A stretch of 63,621 bases of DNA, filler included, from Octopus bimaculoides (lineage: Eukaryota): NCBI RefSeq assembly GCF_001194135.2. It is 7 parts of 6 records of this genome, joined end to end, with 100 filler letters (N's around TTAATTAATTAA, not from the genome) between each part and the next. Parts side by side here need not be neighbours in the genome. Positions count along the whole stretch, not along the records: positions 56,636 to 60,932 come from NW_026334158.1; positions 61,033 to 63,621 come from NC_068984.1; 5 more parts are not named here. One strand, given 5' to 3'. Shown piece after piece: positions 60,931-63,621 of the stretch (position 1 is its first letter; the number at the start of each line of letters is the position of its first letter). A program made the position numbers and the translations under genes. The notes below the pieces were generated by a model. It ran no database searches. It had not been told where the DNA came from and saw only the letters and a program-made list of their open reading frames with translations.

Positions 60931-63173
60931 AANNNNNNNNNNNNNNNNNNNNNNNNNNNNNNNNNNNNNNNNNNNNTTAATTAATTAANNNNNNNNNNNN
61001 NNNNNNNNNNNNNNNNNNNNNNNNNNNNNNNNTTTGCTGTCTGTGTTCCGTCATATATAAAAATATTTCATTGTAAACGCAAATGAAATCAATAAAATCA
61101 TAGGATATCAATGTAGATTATGTTCATAAAAAAATTAAAATATTTTATTTTCGAATAAATAAGGGCTTTAAGAATAAAATCTATTTAGACTTATATGAAA
61201 ATATCTTACATGGAAAGATCTTGTTTTGAAAATTCTTAGTTTCAAAATTTCTTATTTTGATCTTATTTTAAAAACCTACTGCTATTGGAATATATTATTC
61301 TGATCATACTAAATATTGGATGTTTTCAAGACATATAATATTGTACATTACCAAGCATTGAGAGGGCAGCAATAAAATTTTCATTTCAATATAGATTCTG
61401 CTTCCTTACATTTACACTTGCGCAGAATATTATATATATTCTGATATAATTCTTTGTATATCTCTGCATTCGTCATTTCCCACATATACCCTACTTTATT
61501 CCAGAGATTATGTATTATTTCTTAAGAAAACATTTTCGCTACCAAATACCTGTGAGTTGGATAACATTGCACAGTACATTGGGTTAATGCTCTACCATCC
61601 AGTTTAGCTTTCAGTGTTAGGGGGTGTAAGAAGGCTGTTGTACGAATGTATAATTTCAATAATTTCGACGCGTTTGTGAGAAAGAATAACTTTGGTTGTC
61701 ATTAGAAATGAAAACGGCAGACTATTCGGTCATAAATCATTCGATGGAGATGGTCAGTAAAGGCTGGCGGAAATGATATAAAAGTGAATATATTAAAAGA
61801 ATATTTAGAGTAGGTATATTCGTATACATACGCACACATACATGTAACTATACATACGCATATGCATATATGCGTATGTATATTATAAAATATATATGTG
61901 TTTATATTTTGCATTGTGAATGATGGGTCTTCACAAAAAATAGTAACATTGAATATATAATACCAATGTCATTAATTTCTAAAGTGTATGTAGATTTGTA
62001 TTTCTGTTGAAGGTAGTCTGTTAGTTCAAGATATTATAAATTTAAGAAAGTTTTCCATATTTTCGGTATAGAAAGGGGAAACATATTTCATATTCTTTCA
62101 TTCGTAGATTATGTAGAAATGGAAAAGACGAACTGTATGTGATTAGAATTAAGATATTTTATAAAGCACTTATGAATAATATTCGTATGTTTATTTAAGC
62201 TATACTGATATGACTGTCATATGTTATTATATTGTATTATGAAAACATTTATCATATATTTTGTGAGACTCTAATTTTATCTTATATTCTTTTCCTGATT
62301 GCCTTTCAGTCCCTTGATAATTTACTATGGTGGTTCTGTTTAACTACATATTTTAACTATATCCCTAATATACTATAGATGTCAAATTACAAACAGTAAA
62401 TTTCCTCCATTTTCTTTGTGCAATATTATATAAATTTATTACTTGACGAACAAAAATTGAAGAAACACTACTAGATATAAATATTACCGAATATAAATAT
62501 TTTACTTAAGTTACCAAAGCCTAGTTCAAGATAAATAAGTTTTCATTCTTCAGACCACTGTCATAAAACATTAAACGTCTATATTAGATTCATCGCAGCT
62601 AAAAGGGAATATTTTTTTCTTAACTATTTAGTGTTAAATAATAGAACCTTAGTTGTATGTCTTCAATATTCATTGCACAATTAATTAGGCATGTCTATAC
62701 GATTATAAGCACGCATAAGGACCTATAAGCATAAGCATTCTAATGAATTTACTATGAAATACATTTATCTTTAAGTATACTTGAGTGTTCGTTATATACC
62801 TTTAGTACATGGACCATTGCTGATCAGTAGCGTTTATATTGCAACGTGCCAAATTCAATTCTTTACATCAGCTAGACACCAGAAGTATCTTGCAGCATTC
62901 AATAGTAACATAATGTATATGGACTACACCTGGTTGTTTGCAACTGGATGGCCTCATGAGAGTTAATGATTTCCGTTGTTGCCAAACATCCGCCACTATT
63001 TACAGGGAATTTAAATCTCATTTCTTAAAAAGTTTTACGAATTTCCGTTCATTTAAATATGATTTAGATTCATGATATTTAAATTTTAGCAGTTTTGCTG
63101 AAACTGTAAGCAGTAACGCGTTGCTGTTAATTCGAGAATTATAAAAAGCTCACTACTAAATTTTCGATAATTC

Positions 63174-63176
63174 AAA

Positions 63177-63251
<75 letters not shown>
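63174..63251. repeat. (TATC)n microsatellite
   Basis: Directly visible; similar arrays at 54512-54617, 55135-55240 and 6346-6412. Confidence 0.95.
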
Positions 63252-63252
<1 letters not shown>

Positions 63253-63621
63253 ACATCGGCTGCAGAGGTAACCGTTTATTTGACCTTTTATTGTCCACAT
63301 TTTGTTGGAATTTTTTAATATTTTTGTTGCGAAGCACCTAGACTTCATTTTTGTGTATTTTCAAGGGCAGGGATTGGCCCCCAGGGGCAGTTTCGGCCCT
63401 AGCAAAATACAAAAATTTCCTTCTCGACATTTTTAAAATGTCGAGAAACATAATTTTGGAACGCTTGTCTTGTTCTTTTGATGAGCATTTCCCGAGGCTT
63501 CAGATGCCAGAAGAAAAAAAAGAACAGAGTAGCGCGTGCTCACTCAGTGATAGGAACGCAGCTGCTGTAAACGTCACAAAGACGGCGATTACAGCTACTA
63601 ACAGCCCTCTCACCACCACCA

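Noticed and set aside
61549-61650. Minus-strand frame AFLHPLTLKAKLDGRALTQCTVQCYPTHR as a possible contactin Ig exon
   Set aside because: Only loose Ig-like spacing, no conserved Trp, weak acceptor

Overview
AT-rich, microsatellite-saturated animal genomic DNA with many N gaps. The repeat content (tRNA-derived SINEs, Penelope, Tx1/L1, RTE, Gypsy) is most consistent with an octopus draft assembly; this is inference. Most ORF-track entries are microsatellite or gap artefacts. Genes supported by hand splicing: (1) a complete 3-exon PYURF/preY gene on the minus strand (45764-40661, 96 aa, Trm112-like domain, N-terminal mitochondrial-targeting-like peptide); (2) two consecutive contactin FN3 exons on the minus strand (32474-32334 and 27158-27064) separated by a Gypsy-containing intron, plus weaker candidate C-terminal GPI-signal exons; (3) a tRNA-Ser(UGA) gene at 46594-46675. 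Mobile elements include a full-length degenerate Gypsy with a tRNA-Ser(GCU) PBS, a nearly intact Merlin/IS1595-like transposase, several LINE and Penelope fragments, MITEs and many SINEs. The most notable unannotated signal is a set of type I hammerhead ribozyme motifs. One at 33270-33345 (+) can be fully base-paired and lies in a ~370-nt non-coding retrozyme-like unit. One at 48076-48136 (-) sits at the 3' end of a Penelope element. Several decayed cores occur elsewhere. PYURF and the tRNA appear to be nested within a contactin intron.
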